This document shows positions 11,526 to 24,634 of a DNA stretch of 64,000 nt, piece by piece. Every line of letters starts with the position of its first letter. Positions within the stretch are counted from its first letter, which is position 1. Origin of the DNA: Octopus sinensis (Eukaryota); NCBI RefSeq assembly GCF_006345805.1, contig NC_043006.1, positions 88,970,001-89,034,000 on the forward strand, written 5' to 3'. Below the pieces are notes generated by a model. That model saw only the letters and a program-made list of their open reading frames with translations, was not told the DNA's origin and did not search any database. The translations under genes were made by a program, and so were the position numbers.

Positions 11526-11980
11526 CTTTTCTTCACATAAGAGTGCTTAACTACATTTTACAGTCAAAGAAATCGTTGTGTAATCAAGAAGTTCACTTCG
11601 CAACTATGTAGTTCAGAGTTCGATCCTGCTATGCAGTAGCTCGGACATGTATTTTCTATCATAGACTTGGTATCGAGCAAAGTTTTATGATGAAATTTAG
11701 TACACGGAAACCGTTAATGAGATTGTCCTTGTCCTAGTGATAGATTTCACCTGTTGTCTGTTTAATACCACCAGATAGTCATAGGTCAATGGGTGCCTTT
11801 AGCAAAGTTGAATCTGTTGCAAGTCTCTGAAACTGATCTCTGGGCCGAGGATTATTTTACTTTTTTCAGCTTCAGTAACCCTTAAAAGGGTCAGTAACGC
11901 ATCCCTTCTTTCTCCAACAAAGTCATTTCAATTTAGAAATTACATTCAAGATAGAATACTTTGTTTTTAGCTAAGAAATA

Positions 11981-12719
11981 CAGGGTGGAGCAGAGAGGAC
12001 GGATGTTTTTGAAAAATTCACAAAATCATTAATTTTAGCTGCAAACAAATTTTATTAACATGAATGTGTTCGTATTGAATTAGAATTTGTCAAAATCAAG
12101 TGTGGAAAACAACATCCATCATGTGGTGTTCGTTTTCGTTGATGCATTTCTGAAGGCGTTCTTGGAAGTTAGCCTCCACTCTCTCCAGCATTGCTCTGTG
12201 CATAGTCCCATATTTTCAACTATTGCCCAACGACCAATTTGTACGGACGGGAATGCAGGTCTTCATGCAAAATACACCTTACCTATCGATTACTGATGCC
12301 AAGTTCAGTGGAATGCCTCCGATCAGAGCGATTCGGACTCTGTATCAAAGCTTGTCTGACGCGTTCCACATTTTCCAGGATTTGTACCGTTCACGGCGCC
12401 CCAACTGGTCTCTTGTTCATTAGTGTACCTCGTTTACGAAGTGCATTCACCTAACGTTTGTGTTACGAGTGGGAACAGCATGATTTCAGTGAATGTTGAA
12501 GTGGCGCCGAAATTCACGCTGAACTGCTGTGACAGACTCACATGTGACTGTCATAGGCAAACACACGATGCTCTATCGTCCACAGCGCCATGGCTTCACC
12601 TGAAAAGAAAAAAATGTTAAGAAACCAAGGACCGAATAGTACCTGTCTGACATATGTCCCTCCCACTAGGGCTGAGTAATGTCCATTTCAAAAAGATCCG
12701 TCCTCTCTGCCCCATCCTG
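11981..12719 (-). mobile_element. Internally deleted Tc1/mariner element with ~34-bp TIRs and TA TSD
   Basis: TA|CAGGGTGGAGCAGAGAGGACGGATGTTTTTGAAA ... TTTCAAAAAGATCCGTCCTCTCTGCCCCATCCTG|TA; minus-strand ENVERVRQALIQSPNRS..ILHEDLHSRPYK. Confidence 0.9.
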
Positions 12720-13614
12720 TACATATCTATACCTCTTGTACTTTCATCACTGAAAATATGACATTTTGCGTCCATACATCATTTTCATAAGCCAAAACTG
12801 CTTCTTATCTAAAGTGATCCTATGTTTCTAAGACACTCTAAATTATGTCCATGACTTAATCCATTATATTAGGATCAGCCTGTGTTACTATGTCTTCACC
12901 TTTATTGGTGATGATACTCTCAAACAAATCGTAAGAGTGCAATTTCCTATACTACTTAATTAAATAACTAACTACCCCAGTACCTACGTAATACCTAATT
13001 AACAAATACATGCCGTAACACAATCAGCAACTATCAGCAATTATTTCTAAAGCTTCTATTGCCTTCATTTTACTAATTGTCTTACTATAATTAAAGCAGC
13101 CTCGTAGTTGCTAGCTCTAAAGTTTACAGCGTCATTCTGTAGGAATATCAAATAAATGAATTACTGACATCACAACTTTCTGGTTTCAAAATTCAGATTT
13201 GCAGCTGCTACTTTGTTTCTTCCGGAGAGGATATATTACTGCTATTGCTCCAGAACCTCAGTAGTCAAACATTTTTAGCAAATAATATGGATAAGTTACT
13301 AGAAATAAATCAGTAAGACAGACTAAGCAAATTCACAGTTAGAAACCACAACTTCGTTGTGTCACCTCAGGATTGGGGACATATTTATTTCATTACTTAA
13401 TGGTGGTTATACAGAAGTCACTGATGATTATACAATGGTGATTATAAAGAAGTTATTGATGGTTATAATCAGATGGTTACACAGATGTCATTGGTGGTTA
13501 TATCCTGATGGGTAACAAAGCGCCAAGCAATAAACTTTCTGTTATTTACAGAGAAAGAGACGACGTTTTGAAAGCTCTTGAGCCATTATAAATCGTTATT
13601 GGGACAACTGAAGC

Positions 13615-13835
13615 CATTCAACGCATCACCAACAGTAACGACAGCATTAACAACAATACCAAAAACAATAACAACCATAACAAGAAGAACAATAGCAAAT
13701 ACAACAAAATCAACATTAAAAAAATAAACAACAGCATTATAAACAAAAACAGCAATAATAACAACAGCAACAACAACAGCACCCGCAACAGCAGCAACAA
13801 CAACAAATACAACAACCACAAACGCAACAACAATG
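13615..13835. repeat. (CAA)n-rich low-complexity tract
   Basis: Directly visible. Confidence 0.85.
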
Positions 13836-14184
13836 CTAGTGATAAATGTTATAAGAAAAACCAAATACAAAAAACAATCTAGAAGCCATAAGACAATTAT
13901 ATTTTCTTGTTGAATCCAACTCTATAATTATGAATATCCGGCTGTAAATCAGACGTTAACGATAACTTAGCTAGACAGGAAACCAACCATTTTTTGTTTT
14001 TCACCAAATGGCAAATGAAGTTTAAGTCTCTTGCTTCGGGAAACTGCGAAATGCTTGCTTCAAGATTGGTATTAACCACCTCGATAATATAGGAAACGTA
14101 TTTTGTTTCGTTTTTTTTTTTTTCATTTTACCATTTACGCTACATAATTAATAATAGTAACAACAACAATTACAACAACAGCAT

Positions 14185-14283
14185 GAAGAAGAAGAAGAAG
14201 AAGAAGAAGAAGAAGAAGAAGAAGAAGAAGAAGAAGAAGAAGAAGAAGAAGAAGAAGAAGAAGAAGAAGAAGAAGAAGAAGAA
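14185..14283. repeat. Perfect (GAA)33 microsatellite
   Basis: Uninterrupted GAA run. Confidence 0.97.
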
Positions 14284-14523
14284 CCTGATTCCCTTTAAAA
14301 TTCTTTGAATATTGAAATATCATAAATTTTACAGAATTTTGATTTTCAGAATCTGGTCTCCTTTCCCCTCAATATATCAGTGCTAATCATAAATAACAGC
14401 TGTAGCAAAATGTTGAACTTGCCATTACTTGAGTCTCTGGAGGAGACTTGGAACAGCTCATACAAAACGAAGTAAGAACAACGTAAATAACAACAACATC
14501 AACAACAACAATAATAATAAAAA

Positions 14524-14692
14524 TCCTTTCTAGTGTAGGTACATGGCCTGAAATTTGGGGAAGGGAACTTGGTCGATTTCATCGACTCCAGTGCATAACT
14601 GGTACTCATTTTATCGGCCTCGAAAGGATGAAAGGCAAAGTCAACCTCGGTAGAATTAGAACTTTGAAAGTTAAGACGGACAAAATACCTCT
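14524..14692 (-). mobile_element. SINE family A copy, head truncated
   Basis: CATCGACTCCAGTGCATAACTGGTAC..GAAAGGATGAAAGGCAAAGTC. Confidence 0.8.
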
Positions 14693-14739
14693 AATATTGA
14701 TGCATGTGAAGAAGTCTAGCATCATCAAATCTGAAATTT

Positions 14740-15310
14740 TAAAAAGGGAAAAAAGAAAAACACGAGAAAAGAAATGTCATGGAAAAGGGGAAAATGTGTA
14801 GTCAGTTTACAAGAGATACGAGTGCAAAGACAGATACAGGACGCCGGTAGTTATGGATGCGGAGAATAAAACTAGAGGATAAAACCAGAAGTACTTATAT
14901 GCGCGGCATTAGTACAAGGATTGAGGACAAACTATGTGAAGTGCAGAATCTATTAAACAACTGGGAGTGACAAATGTTAAATGTGTGGTAACAGGAGTGA
15001 AACAGTATTGCACATAGTTAGTGAATGCCCGAAATTGGCACAACGCGAATACGAAAGAAGACGTGACAATGTGCCAAGAATGATCCACTGGGAGCTCTCT
15101 ATTGAAATTATAACCTAGAAAAATCAAAGATGTGGTATAGCCAAACCCCTAAAGGAGTTACTGGGAATGAAGGTGACATGATAATCGACACACCATGCCT
15201 GGGTAGCAATAGGATCGAAAAGAAAGAAGGAAAAGTGAAAAACTATGATGAACTGAAATGAGAAATATGCAGCTTGTGGGCAGCGACTGGTGCACTTGGA
15301 AGTGTCAGTA
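14740..15310 (+). mobile_element. R4/Dong-like (RLE-type) non-LTR retrotransposon fragment
   Basis: Manual translation KC*MCGNRSETVLHIVSECPKLAQREYERRRDNVPRMIHWEL matches the CCHC knuckle plus the RHD/N motif that precedes the restriction-like endonuclease. Confidence 0.75.
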
Positions 15311-16576
15311 CTCAACTACCAACATGACTCGAAAATCCTTTCTACTATAGGTACAAGGCCTACATTTTGGGGTGAGGGGCCAAGTCGATTACATCGACCC
15401 AGTACTTGACTGGTACTCTCTCTGGGCCCATGTTTTTTGGTTAAACTATCATATTTAGAAAGGGTTGGTCCTCAACCGTATCAAACTCCGTAGCTATAGC
15501 GGCAGGGTCATCCCTGACAGATTGAACATGTGATGCGATGCGAAATATTTCCGGGAGCTGGTCGTCTGCATTGACCCCCGAGGAAATGTCGTGGCACATT
15601 GCACGAAAACAACCTTTGGAAATAAGACTGGAGCTGACTAATGTCAAACACTTCCTTTTGTTCCACAATGCTAGCAACGGATAATTTGATGTTGTTGGTT
15701 CTGGTTCCCTCGTCAATGTCGCACACATTTGATCTCATTCTTATCAAACTGTAACTACAAACGTTTACGATGGTACCAATTTGTTTACATTATCATTTTT
15801 TAATGTATGTCTTCTTTAATTGATTTTCTTGTTTTTAAAAATGAGAGTACATCTATTGCTGCTACTTTGCGGCGAGCAGCTCCTCCGGCTTCTCTAAAGT
15901 TGATCATATTAAACCACAAATAAAGTAGCCAGATCAGATGTTTGCAAAAAATGATTATACAATGAAAAAAGTTTTGTTTGTTAAGTTTTGTTAGAACATT
16001 TAAATACAAAGAAACAGGAAAGAGAGATAAGAAAGGAAAAGAGAGAAAAGGGACAAAAAGCTGAGGGAGCAAAGCAGCGGAAGATAGAGGGGGTGATGAG
16101 CCACATATCCCAGAACAAATGGTGTGTTCAGCTATGCCCCGCGGTAAGGACCGCGATGGCGTTGACGCGGAGAATGGACAGTGTCACTCGCTGCAGCAGC
16201 CGCACCACCTCACGGGGGCTCATTTCTCCGACGAGCCGTCTTTATCCCTATTTTGCGGAGGAAATCGGTAGTTCAGGGTCCTAGAACAGCTGACGTCTCA
16301 ACAGCGACAGGCACTAACTGACAGCGGCCGGCAAGACACCTGTATTTATTGATTTTTCTCTCCTCTGCGTTATGGGCGGCGAACCCGGGTTTGCAGCAGA
16401 TGCTGTTGCTGTTGCTGTTGAGCGTAGCGGTCTTCGTCCAGTGGGAGAAGTCCGAAACGTGGTCCTTTGCTATTCGTAAGACCCACAGAAGAGAAAGCAG
16501 GTCAACCTCCGACACCAAGAGCATCGACGGATGGATGAATGCGCATCCAGATTCAGTGGTTGCGTAGGAAGTCAGG

Positions 16577-16762
16577 GACAAGAAACAGGAAGAAAGAGTG
16601 AGAGAAAGTTGGAACGAAAGAGTACAACAGGGATCGCCACCACCCCCTACCGGAGTCTCGTGGAGCTTTAGGTGTTTTCGCTCAATAAACACACACAACG
16701 CCCGGTCTGGGAATCGAAACCGCGAGTCCGCTGCCCTAACCATTGAGCCATTGTGCCTCCAC
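16577..16762 (-). mobile_element. tRNA-derived SINE, family C
   Basis: Minus strand GGAGGCACAATGGCTCAATGGTTAGGGCAGCGGAC..GGTTTCGATTCCC (A and B boxes), then a non-tRNA body. Confidence 0.7.
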
Positions 16763-18499
16763 TGCAGCAGATGCTGCAAGGTTGGAGCTTACAAACGTGT
16801 CACCGCACATCGCGTCCCAGACTAGAGATTTGCCTCCCACCAAGTGGGTAGAGGGTTATCCCGTCGGAGAGCTTACCGAAATCTGCAGGCTCAAGTTTAA
16901 ACAAGAAGCCAGCCGCGTCAAGACCCCTTTTGATTACGGGGTGTTGGAGGAAGAAGTCCGCGCTATAGCTGCAGGATAAAGGATGCAAGCCGAATTCGTC
17001 TATTACCGCTTCTTTTCTGGCCCAGTATATAATGTGGTACACTAGCAAATGTTCCGAAGCCTTTCCGGGTAAATAAGAACAAAAAATGTATTTTATTATT
17101 TCACAGATTAGTTCCGAAAAAACAAATATTTTCTGAGACGGAGATGTGTGGAAACATGCATCAACTACAGATATCAACAATAACAGCAGCAACAACAATA
17201 TAAGTGAGAGGTGTAAACACACTAATTTCGAGACGCTGTCTCAAACTGAAAACAAACAATAAAACTATGAAAATGAATTAAAATTGACTAATGCTATAAT
17301 GTCACAGAAATGTAAAAAGCGTTGAAAGTAATTATTTCTCTATAGCCATATAATAATAAGAATAGAATGATCTTAGCAACCATGCACTGCGAAACCCAAA
17401 TTGTTGTTGGATTATGTAACAATGAAGGAATAATACAAACTAGCAGCTTGTCTCCTCAAGATAAAACTTTTCATATTTTATGAAGAATTTATAAAACATA
17501 AAATTTAGAAGACATGATTTAATATCATTATTTGATTGTACATATTTTCTGTTTGTTTGCATATAAAGACTGCACGTTGGTAGGCCTATAGAAATAAATG
17601 AATATAATCATATAGAAATTATGGTACGGAATACTGAAATTATTGTGGGAAATACTAAAAACAAGAAAACAAGAAATTCCCAGAAAATAAAATTTCCATC
17701 AATTTGAAATCAGCCACAAAATGGGTAAGACGTTATTCAACATAGAGTTAAGAATATTAATGAAGCAAGTTAACAATGTACTACAAGTAATAGCTAAACA
17801 ATAAAATGAAATAAATATATTAATATAAATCACCTAATTTCTTCAATAAGTGAGATAGCAACCAAAATATTGGAATCAATGAAAGGGGAAACAAATAAAA
17901 GGAGATAGAGAATCAATCTGGAATAGGAAAATATTTACTAAAATGCATTAACCAAAATAGAAATGATATAGTATTTATACATGAGATCTATAATACAAGA
18001 ATACAAACATTAATTTGAAAGGAACAGCACTCTAGAGAATAGAAACGCATTTGTGAAAGGGCGGGAGTTTAGAGAAATAATGTAAATCTAAGAAAGAATG
18101 GAAGAAAGAAAGAAAGAAATGTTAAATCTTAAAGATCGAGATACGATCTATATGGAAATAAAAGAAATTAAACAAGATACGATTTTTGCACTAAAATAAT
18201 GCTTCACGAGAAATTAATAACATTCGTATTAAACATTATTCTAACAAAAGAAAAATACTAGATTTGAGTTTGTTTTTGTTTGTTTGTTTTTATAAATAGA
18301 AATATATAAGACTTGAAGAAATGTATGTAATTTTACAAATCAAACCATTACAATATTTTTAGAAAATAAAAATGCCAAATATTTTGCAAAAAATAAGCCA
18401 TTGCTGGTGAGAATATGACTTGACCCTTTTGAACAAAGAGCAATTAAAACTTGTGATTAAAATATATGTAAACTACTTGAGACTTCATTGAAAAGTGAG

Positions 18500-20010
18500 G
18501 TATTTTACAAGCTTTTGTATGTACAGTGATATCACTTCGTTGCTAATGGTTATTTTGCAGGTGTCATAGTGTGTTAAACCTCCCAGTAGACGGAAGGAAC
18601 CATTAGTCCAAACAATACTCTTCGCTTATAACTGCAGTCACCTGTAAAAGAATCAAGTGGGTGGTTGTGTGTCTGGAATATGAAGGGATATGCATAGAAT
18701 GGTGATATCGGTCCCGCGCTGACTTTTGAGTCAGTGAGTTCTGATAAGTTGATATACCTTGTCTTATAGATCTGTACGACGAACAGGAGTTGCTGTGAAA
18801 TAGCTTCACTTGATTAGAGACCAAATGATGAAGGTGGTGGCTGGATAGATGAGTGATTTGGAGGAGAGCTAAAGTATTAATATGTAAGTCAATAATAATA
18901 TACGTTAGAGCTTATGATATTAGTGCGGAAGGAATACAAGAACCAAGATGAATAGATTGAAGCTTCCTCGAATGATGACTTTAAAGAGAGGTAGCATGAT
19001 ATACATATCAAATGTTTCATAAAGTTAGAGCAGCCGTAAAAGAAGGGAGGGCTGACTTTGGCTTGTGTTGGGGCAGATTTACTTTACGTAAGAGCAGACA
19101 TTATTTATAAGCAAACTAGTAATATAGAGAACGACCTGCACTGAAGTGATGAATTACAAAGTGAAAATAAGAGATTTGTGCGTTCATGACAATTGATATC
19201 AATAGATAAAGTTAAGTATAGGTCTATATATGTGTGAAAGTATGTGTATAAATATATATATATGTGGGGGGGAGCCACTGTTATAGAAATTAAATATGTA
19301 TTTTCTACTCCACATTACAATACACAAGTAAACATTTCCTAAGAAGAATTAAAAGCACAAAAAACATTGATATGCAGTCAAAATAAAGCTTAGAGTGGTC
19401 GAGAATATGAAGAAATGTGCTACCGAAATAGTTGGAATTCTAGGGTCAGTTCCAAACAGATCCAATTCTACCTTAAACAACTTCAAATAAAATCAACCTT
19501 CAAAGTCGTAGAAAAATCGATATTGCTTGAAACTGTTAATATCATAACAAAACTATTTCCTGTCCGAAATTTTCAGATCCAGTGAAAAAGTACGTAATTT
19601 TCATTTTCCAGTAATCGATAAAAAATTCGTGCAACAAACCTAGGATGTTGGAAAAAGAAAATATTGGTTGTGGCTGACAGATAGAAACGTGAAAGTAGAA
19701 ACTGAATCACTGATTATAACTGCACAGGAACAAGCCATTAGTGTGAATTTGATAAAGGCAAAGATTGATAAAATTCAGTCATGGAGTAAACGAAAAATCC
19801 GTAGAGAAGACGACGAAAGTATTAGCCATCTCCTGGGTGAGTGCAGTAAGGTAGTACTAAAAATAGTGTAAACGCATGCATGCCTGATTTGGCCAAAGAG
19901 TGCATTAGGACATTAGCCAAAATTGTGAATTCGAAGTTACGTGAAAATTGTGAACCTGAGCCAGATTCTGTGACAGTAAATGATAATTTCAGAATTTTAA
20001 AGGACTTTTC
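18500..20010 (+). mobile_element. Highly decayed R4/Dong-like retrotransposon remnants
   Basis: ORF 19668 WLTDRNVKVETESLIITAQEQAI..ESISHLLGECSK is homologous to the 14.9-kb fragment; IVGILGSVP near 19430. Boundaries uncertain. Confidence 0.55.
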
Positions 20011-20683
20011 CATTGAAGCAATTATTTCCGTAATGTATCCCACGCATATTTCAACTGATTTTATTCACAACAATGTTTTCCCGGGCCCACTACAATATTT
20101 CGTCTTTGCCGAGGCTGGCATCGTGCGTGATCAGTTAATGTTTTAATGCTGATTTACTATGAGGAAATGGATGTTTCCGAAGTTATTTCAGGATTATCTC
20201 TCTTGCAGTACACGGTGCTGATGATAGCCAAGGAGCGAGAAATGCATTCACTGTTCTACCGAGAGCTTGAAATGACTGATGTTTTTCAACACCTACCGCC
20301 TAACGCAAAGAAGGTTTCTCCTCGGCAAATTAGCAGATCAAATATGCCTCACATACATTTGAATTGATATGACACAAACATTTTAACTAAGCTAAAGTTC
20401 GTTTATTCGTAATACTTGCTTGGTGCTGGGGCTGTTATATTTATCCCAACCAGGCGATCGAATAGCGCAACTAAGTCACTGGTGTTTACTATTTTGTAGT
20501 TAAAGCCACGGCTCTGAGTTTGCCCGGGGTTATGTCCCTTTGGTATGTACCCTTGAAGAAGGCAAAATAGCCTGAAACAGTCGTCTGGGAATCCGATAGG
20601 TAATTGTAGTGAATTTTCTATAGAAGTTAAAATATATCACAAGAATACTTGAACTAACCTAAAGTTTGTAGATAGATAGATAT

Positions 20684-20766
<83 letters not shown>

Positions 20767-20949
20767 TATGCATATGTAGGTAGGTAGGTAGGTAGGTATG
20801 TAGGCAGGCAGGCAGGCAGGCAGGCAAGCAGGTAAGTAGATAGGCATGTGTGAGATCTGCATGTGTGAGGGAGTAACTTTTAAAATAGTAAGCATAGTAT
20901 TTAGGAAAGTACGACTCGCTAAAAACTTATAAGGTTTTCTATCTAAGAA

Positions 20950-21560
20950 AAGATATTACAGGTATATTTGTTGAATTATGATGGAACTGAAAGAGATTAT
21001 TAGGTTCCCTATTAGTAGTATCACTGTGGCAAAGAAGGTTTGTAAGAAGTTGAAGGAATTCCTATGGGCGATAATTATAGCCCCTTATTAGCGTAAGTGT
21101 ATTTATCGATTCGATATTCTTAATTTATGCCCACAGAAGAAAAAAAACTGGGACTTGTTAAAGAACTTGAAAGTTGCTGGAGACAAATTGACAATAATTC
21201 TGCTCACAGTTACAGGTTCTTGGTGAAAGTTTTTTTTGCCGTTAATGCATAAAATGTATCGAAGGGATAAGCAGCACCGGTGTTGCTGTCGTTAATTACT
21301 TAGACGTTATAGCGATGTGTAGAAATAATAATAATATCGCTGCTAAAATTTATAATAAAACTCAAAATTTTAATTTTCGGGTAGCAGCACTCCATTCACA
21401 CATAGCTGTATTTCAATTAGAGTAGAATATAAAGTGTTTTCCAGTTCGGTTATTAGATACAGCAATATAATAAATGCTGTTGATTTATTTAGTGAGTGAA
21501 ACAATTAATGAAGCTTATGGTTAGACAAGGTTTTCACTACAAGTTATTAATTAAAATTAT
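20950..21560 (+). mobile_element. Penelope-like reverse transcriptase remnant
   Basis: Manual translation gives EGIPMGDNYSPLLA, WRQID, YLDV and KIYNKTQNFNF, resembling PLE RT motifs; many stops. Confidence 0.6.
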
Positions 21561-22346
21561 TCTTGTTGCCTTGGTAAATTTAATGATTTATTTAAAATTT
21601 TATATTATTTTAAATCCTATAATTTAATATTAAATTTCTATAGTAGTATTTAGACATTTTTAGCCATTAATAAGTGTTTATCGTCTTGCTATTCTGGTAA
21701 CAGAACTCTGTCGGTGGGTTTTTCGTCTCCTCTTCTGTTCGTCACTTCCTATGCTTCTGGTGGACGTGTCTTTTTTTAACTTGGCTCTTGAAGGAAACTG
21801 TCCATGGCTGAGATATTTCTACTGTTACATCCAACAAGTCTGATGAAAGTATGTGATTTTTAGCACTGTAATTTTATATTATTTATTTTTTTAATTAAGA
21901 CTAGGGTCCTTTACGTTATATTTCATTTATTTTTGTTTTAGCAGACGTTAAGACATAGATTCAATGTGCAATAGTTCTTGTCCGTTTATTCCTGTTATTT
22001 ATTTTCATTTATTAAGTATTAGCTTGATGCCTAACCTTTTTATTACTTTTATCTTAGCGTGATTTACGTTTTAGGTAGGTTATACATGTTAACCACTAAA
22101 TGCAACACGTGTGTTAGCTGAATGTTATGGTTTGGGTTTGTGATTTTCAACTTGATTGTATTTCAATTAGTATGTGGTTTAATTAACACTTATATAATGT
22201 CCTTTTCCTTGTATTTAAATCGGTTTTTGTAGTTATTAAGACATAGGTTTTATGAGCAATAGTTTCTTTATTACCTTTATTATATGTTTATTAAATACTA
22301 CTCTAATTTTGTTTCGTTTCTATAATTTTATTATTATGAGGTTTTT

Positions 22347-22559
22347 ATTCTTTTAGTCTTTTATTTGTTTCAGTCATTTGACTGTGGGCATGATGGAGCA
22401 CTGTCTTTAGTCATCGACCCCAGGACTCATTCTTTGTAAGCCTAGTACTTATTCTATCGGTTTCTTTTGCCGAACCGCTAAGTTACGGGGATGTAAACAC
22501 ACCAGCATCGGTTGTCAAGCGATGCTGGGGTGGGGGGACAAACATATACACACACATAC

Positions 22560-22600
<41 letters not shown>

Positions 22601-22636
22601 GACGAGCTTCTTTCAGTTTCCGTCTACCAAATCCAC
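22347..22636 (-). mobile_element. SINE family B, head truncated
   Basis: Tail, internal (TA)n and CTTTCAGTTTCCGTCTACCAAATCCAC. Confidence 0.85.
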
Positions 22637-22656
22637 AGGTTGTTTTTTTTCCTTGG

Positions 22657-22868
22657 AAGGCGGCAAGTTGGCAGAATCGTTGGTACGCTGGATGAAATGC
22701 TTAGCGGTATTTCGCCCGTTGCTACGTTCTGAGTTCAATTTCCGCCGAGGTCGACTGTGCCTTTCATCCTTTCGGGGTCGATAAAATAAGTACCAATTGA
22801 ACACTGTGGTCGATGTAATCGACTCATCCCCACCTCCCCCAAGCTGCCCTTGTGGCAAGAATTTGAAA
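22657..22868 (+). mobile_element. SINE family A copy
   Basis: AAGGCGGCAAGTTGGCAGAATCG..GAGTTCAA..GCCTTTCATCCTTTCGGGGTCGATAAAATAAGTACC. Confidence 0.9.
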
Positions 22869-23481
22869 TAATTATTATGAGTTTTTGTAGTTCCAGGCAG
22901 ACTAACACTTTTTTGGCTTCGTTGGTTAGGGAAGATACATGTGCTACTTTTTACGAACTTCGTTCTATCGCAGGTGCATGTGTGTGTTGTTTATTTCTTC
23001 GGACAGCGTCGGATTAAATAGTAGTACAAGGTGTCGAAACCATATTGAATTCCAAAACAGCAGCTGATAATGAGACTTGAATGCCAGATTCATTTTAAAT
23101 TATGATGTTTAAGAGAAATATAACATTATATGTTAGCCATTACAATTTCTCACAAAAGATCGGAATGAATGACTTTATGCAGATATTTTCATTCCACTTT
23201 ATTCAAGAATTTCCTACTACAAGCTGGCAAGCAAATTTCGTTTGGTGCACAAAAGATTTGCCTTATCTTGAAAGAGGGTTTCATATTTTTGAAATGTTCA
23301 TATACTCATCAACATTAAGTCTTCATCAACAGAAGAGATTTCTCCTATATTTCCACGTGATTTTTTGAACATGGTAATGACATTATGAAAATATGTGCTA
23401 ATTAATAACTGAAAATATGTGTAATTGACTTTTTATTTAGTTGGAGATCAATCAAGTCTTGATACAATTTTAACCAATCCT

Positions 23482-23698
23482 AAGGAGGCAAGCTGGTAGA
23501 ATCGTTAGCACGCTGGGCAAAATGCTTAGTGGCATTTTGTTCGTCTTCACGTTCTAAGTTCAAATTCCGTCAAGGTCAACTTTGCCTCCTTTCATCCTTT
23601 CGGCGTCGATAAAATAAGCACCAGTGGAACACCGGGGTCGATGTAATCGACATACTTCCTACCCTAAATTTGCTGAATTTGTGCCATTATTTGTAAGC
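23482..23698 (+). mobile_element. SINE family A copy
   Basis: Aligns to 22657-22868. Confidence 0.85.
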
Positions 23699-23772
23699 AA
23701 TATTAACCAATTCTATACCGAGATATTTACAAATATTTGCAATATTTGCTACATCACATGAGTATTTTGTTT

Positions 23773-24120
23773 GTAGGTGCAGTATAGACAAATGCTTAAA
23801 AAGTTCGCATCGGAACTACGAAGTTCCGGTTTCGATCCCATTGTGTACTACTTTGGGTAAATGTTATTTTCTATAACCTCAGGTTGCCTTCAGGACGAAA
23901 TCGAGTTGAAAGAAATTGCATAGACGCCCATCAGGTAGATTGTGCATGTAATTCAAAAGGTACAGCCTTGTCACATATTGTATCATGCTCAATCTGTCTG
24001 AGAATTACATCAAAAGCATAACTGTCTTTGGAGTGCTTGGTGACTTACACACCAATTCAGGAGCAGAAACTCAGTTGATGGAATAGCTGAAACCACATCG
24101 CTGAATGACGGAGATCCACG
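23773..24120 (+). mobile_element. Old SINE with family-B-like head and family-D-like tail
   Basis: GGTTTCGATCCCA..TTTGGGTAAATG head; the tail resembles 62840-63012. Confidence 0.5.
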
Positions 24121-24192
24121 ACTATCAGCACCACATTCCCAGTTTGCAAACACAAACGTTTCCCACTTGTATATATAATATATATATATATA

Positions 24193-24589
24193 AGGCGCAG
24201 GAGTGGCTGTGTATTAAGTAGCTTGCTTACCAACCACATGATTCCGGGTCCAGTCCCACTGCGTGGCACCTTTGGCGAGTGTCTTCTTCTATAACCTCGG
24301 ACCGACCAAAGCCTTGTGAGTGGATTTGGTAGACGGAAACTGAAAGAACACCATTGTATATATGTATATGTATGTGTATGTGTGTGTATAAGTTTGTGTG
24401 TCTGTGTTTGTCCCCCAACATCACTTGACAACCGATGCTGTGTTTACGTCCCCGTAAATTAGTGGTTCAGTAAAAAAGACCAATAGAATAAGTACTAGGC
24501 TTACAAAGAATAAGTCATGGGGTCGATTTGCTCGACTAAAGGCGGTGCTCCAGCATGGCCGTATTCAAATGACTGAAACAAGTAAAAGA

Positions 24590-24590
<1 letters not shown>
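24193..24590 (+). mobile_element. Full-length SINE family B
   Basis: Head, internal TA/TG microsatellite and GTAAAAGAG tail; flanked by (TA)n. Confidence 0.9.

Positions 24591-24634
<44 letters not shown>

Noticed and set aside
16700-16762. tRNA gene
   Set aside because: A and B boxes are present but there is no complete cloverleaf, and it continues into a SINE body. The same applies to the other SINE heads.
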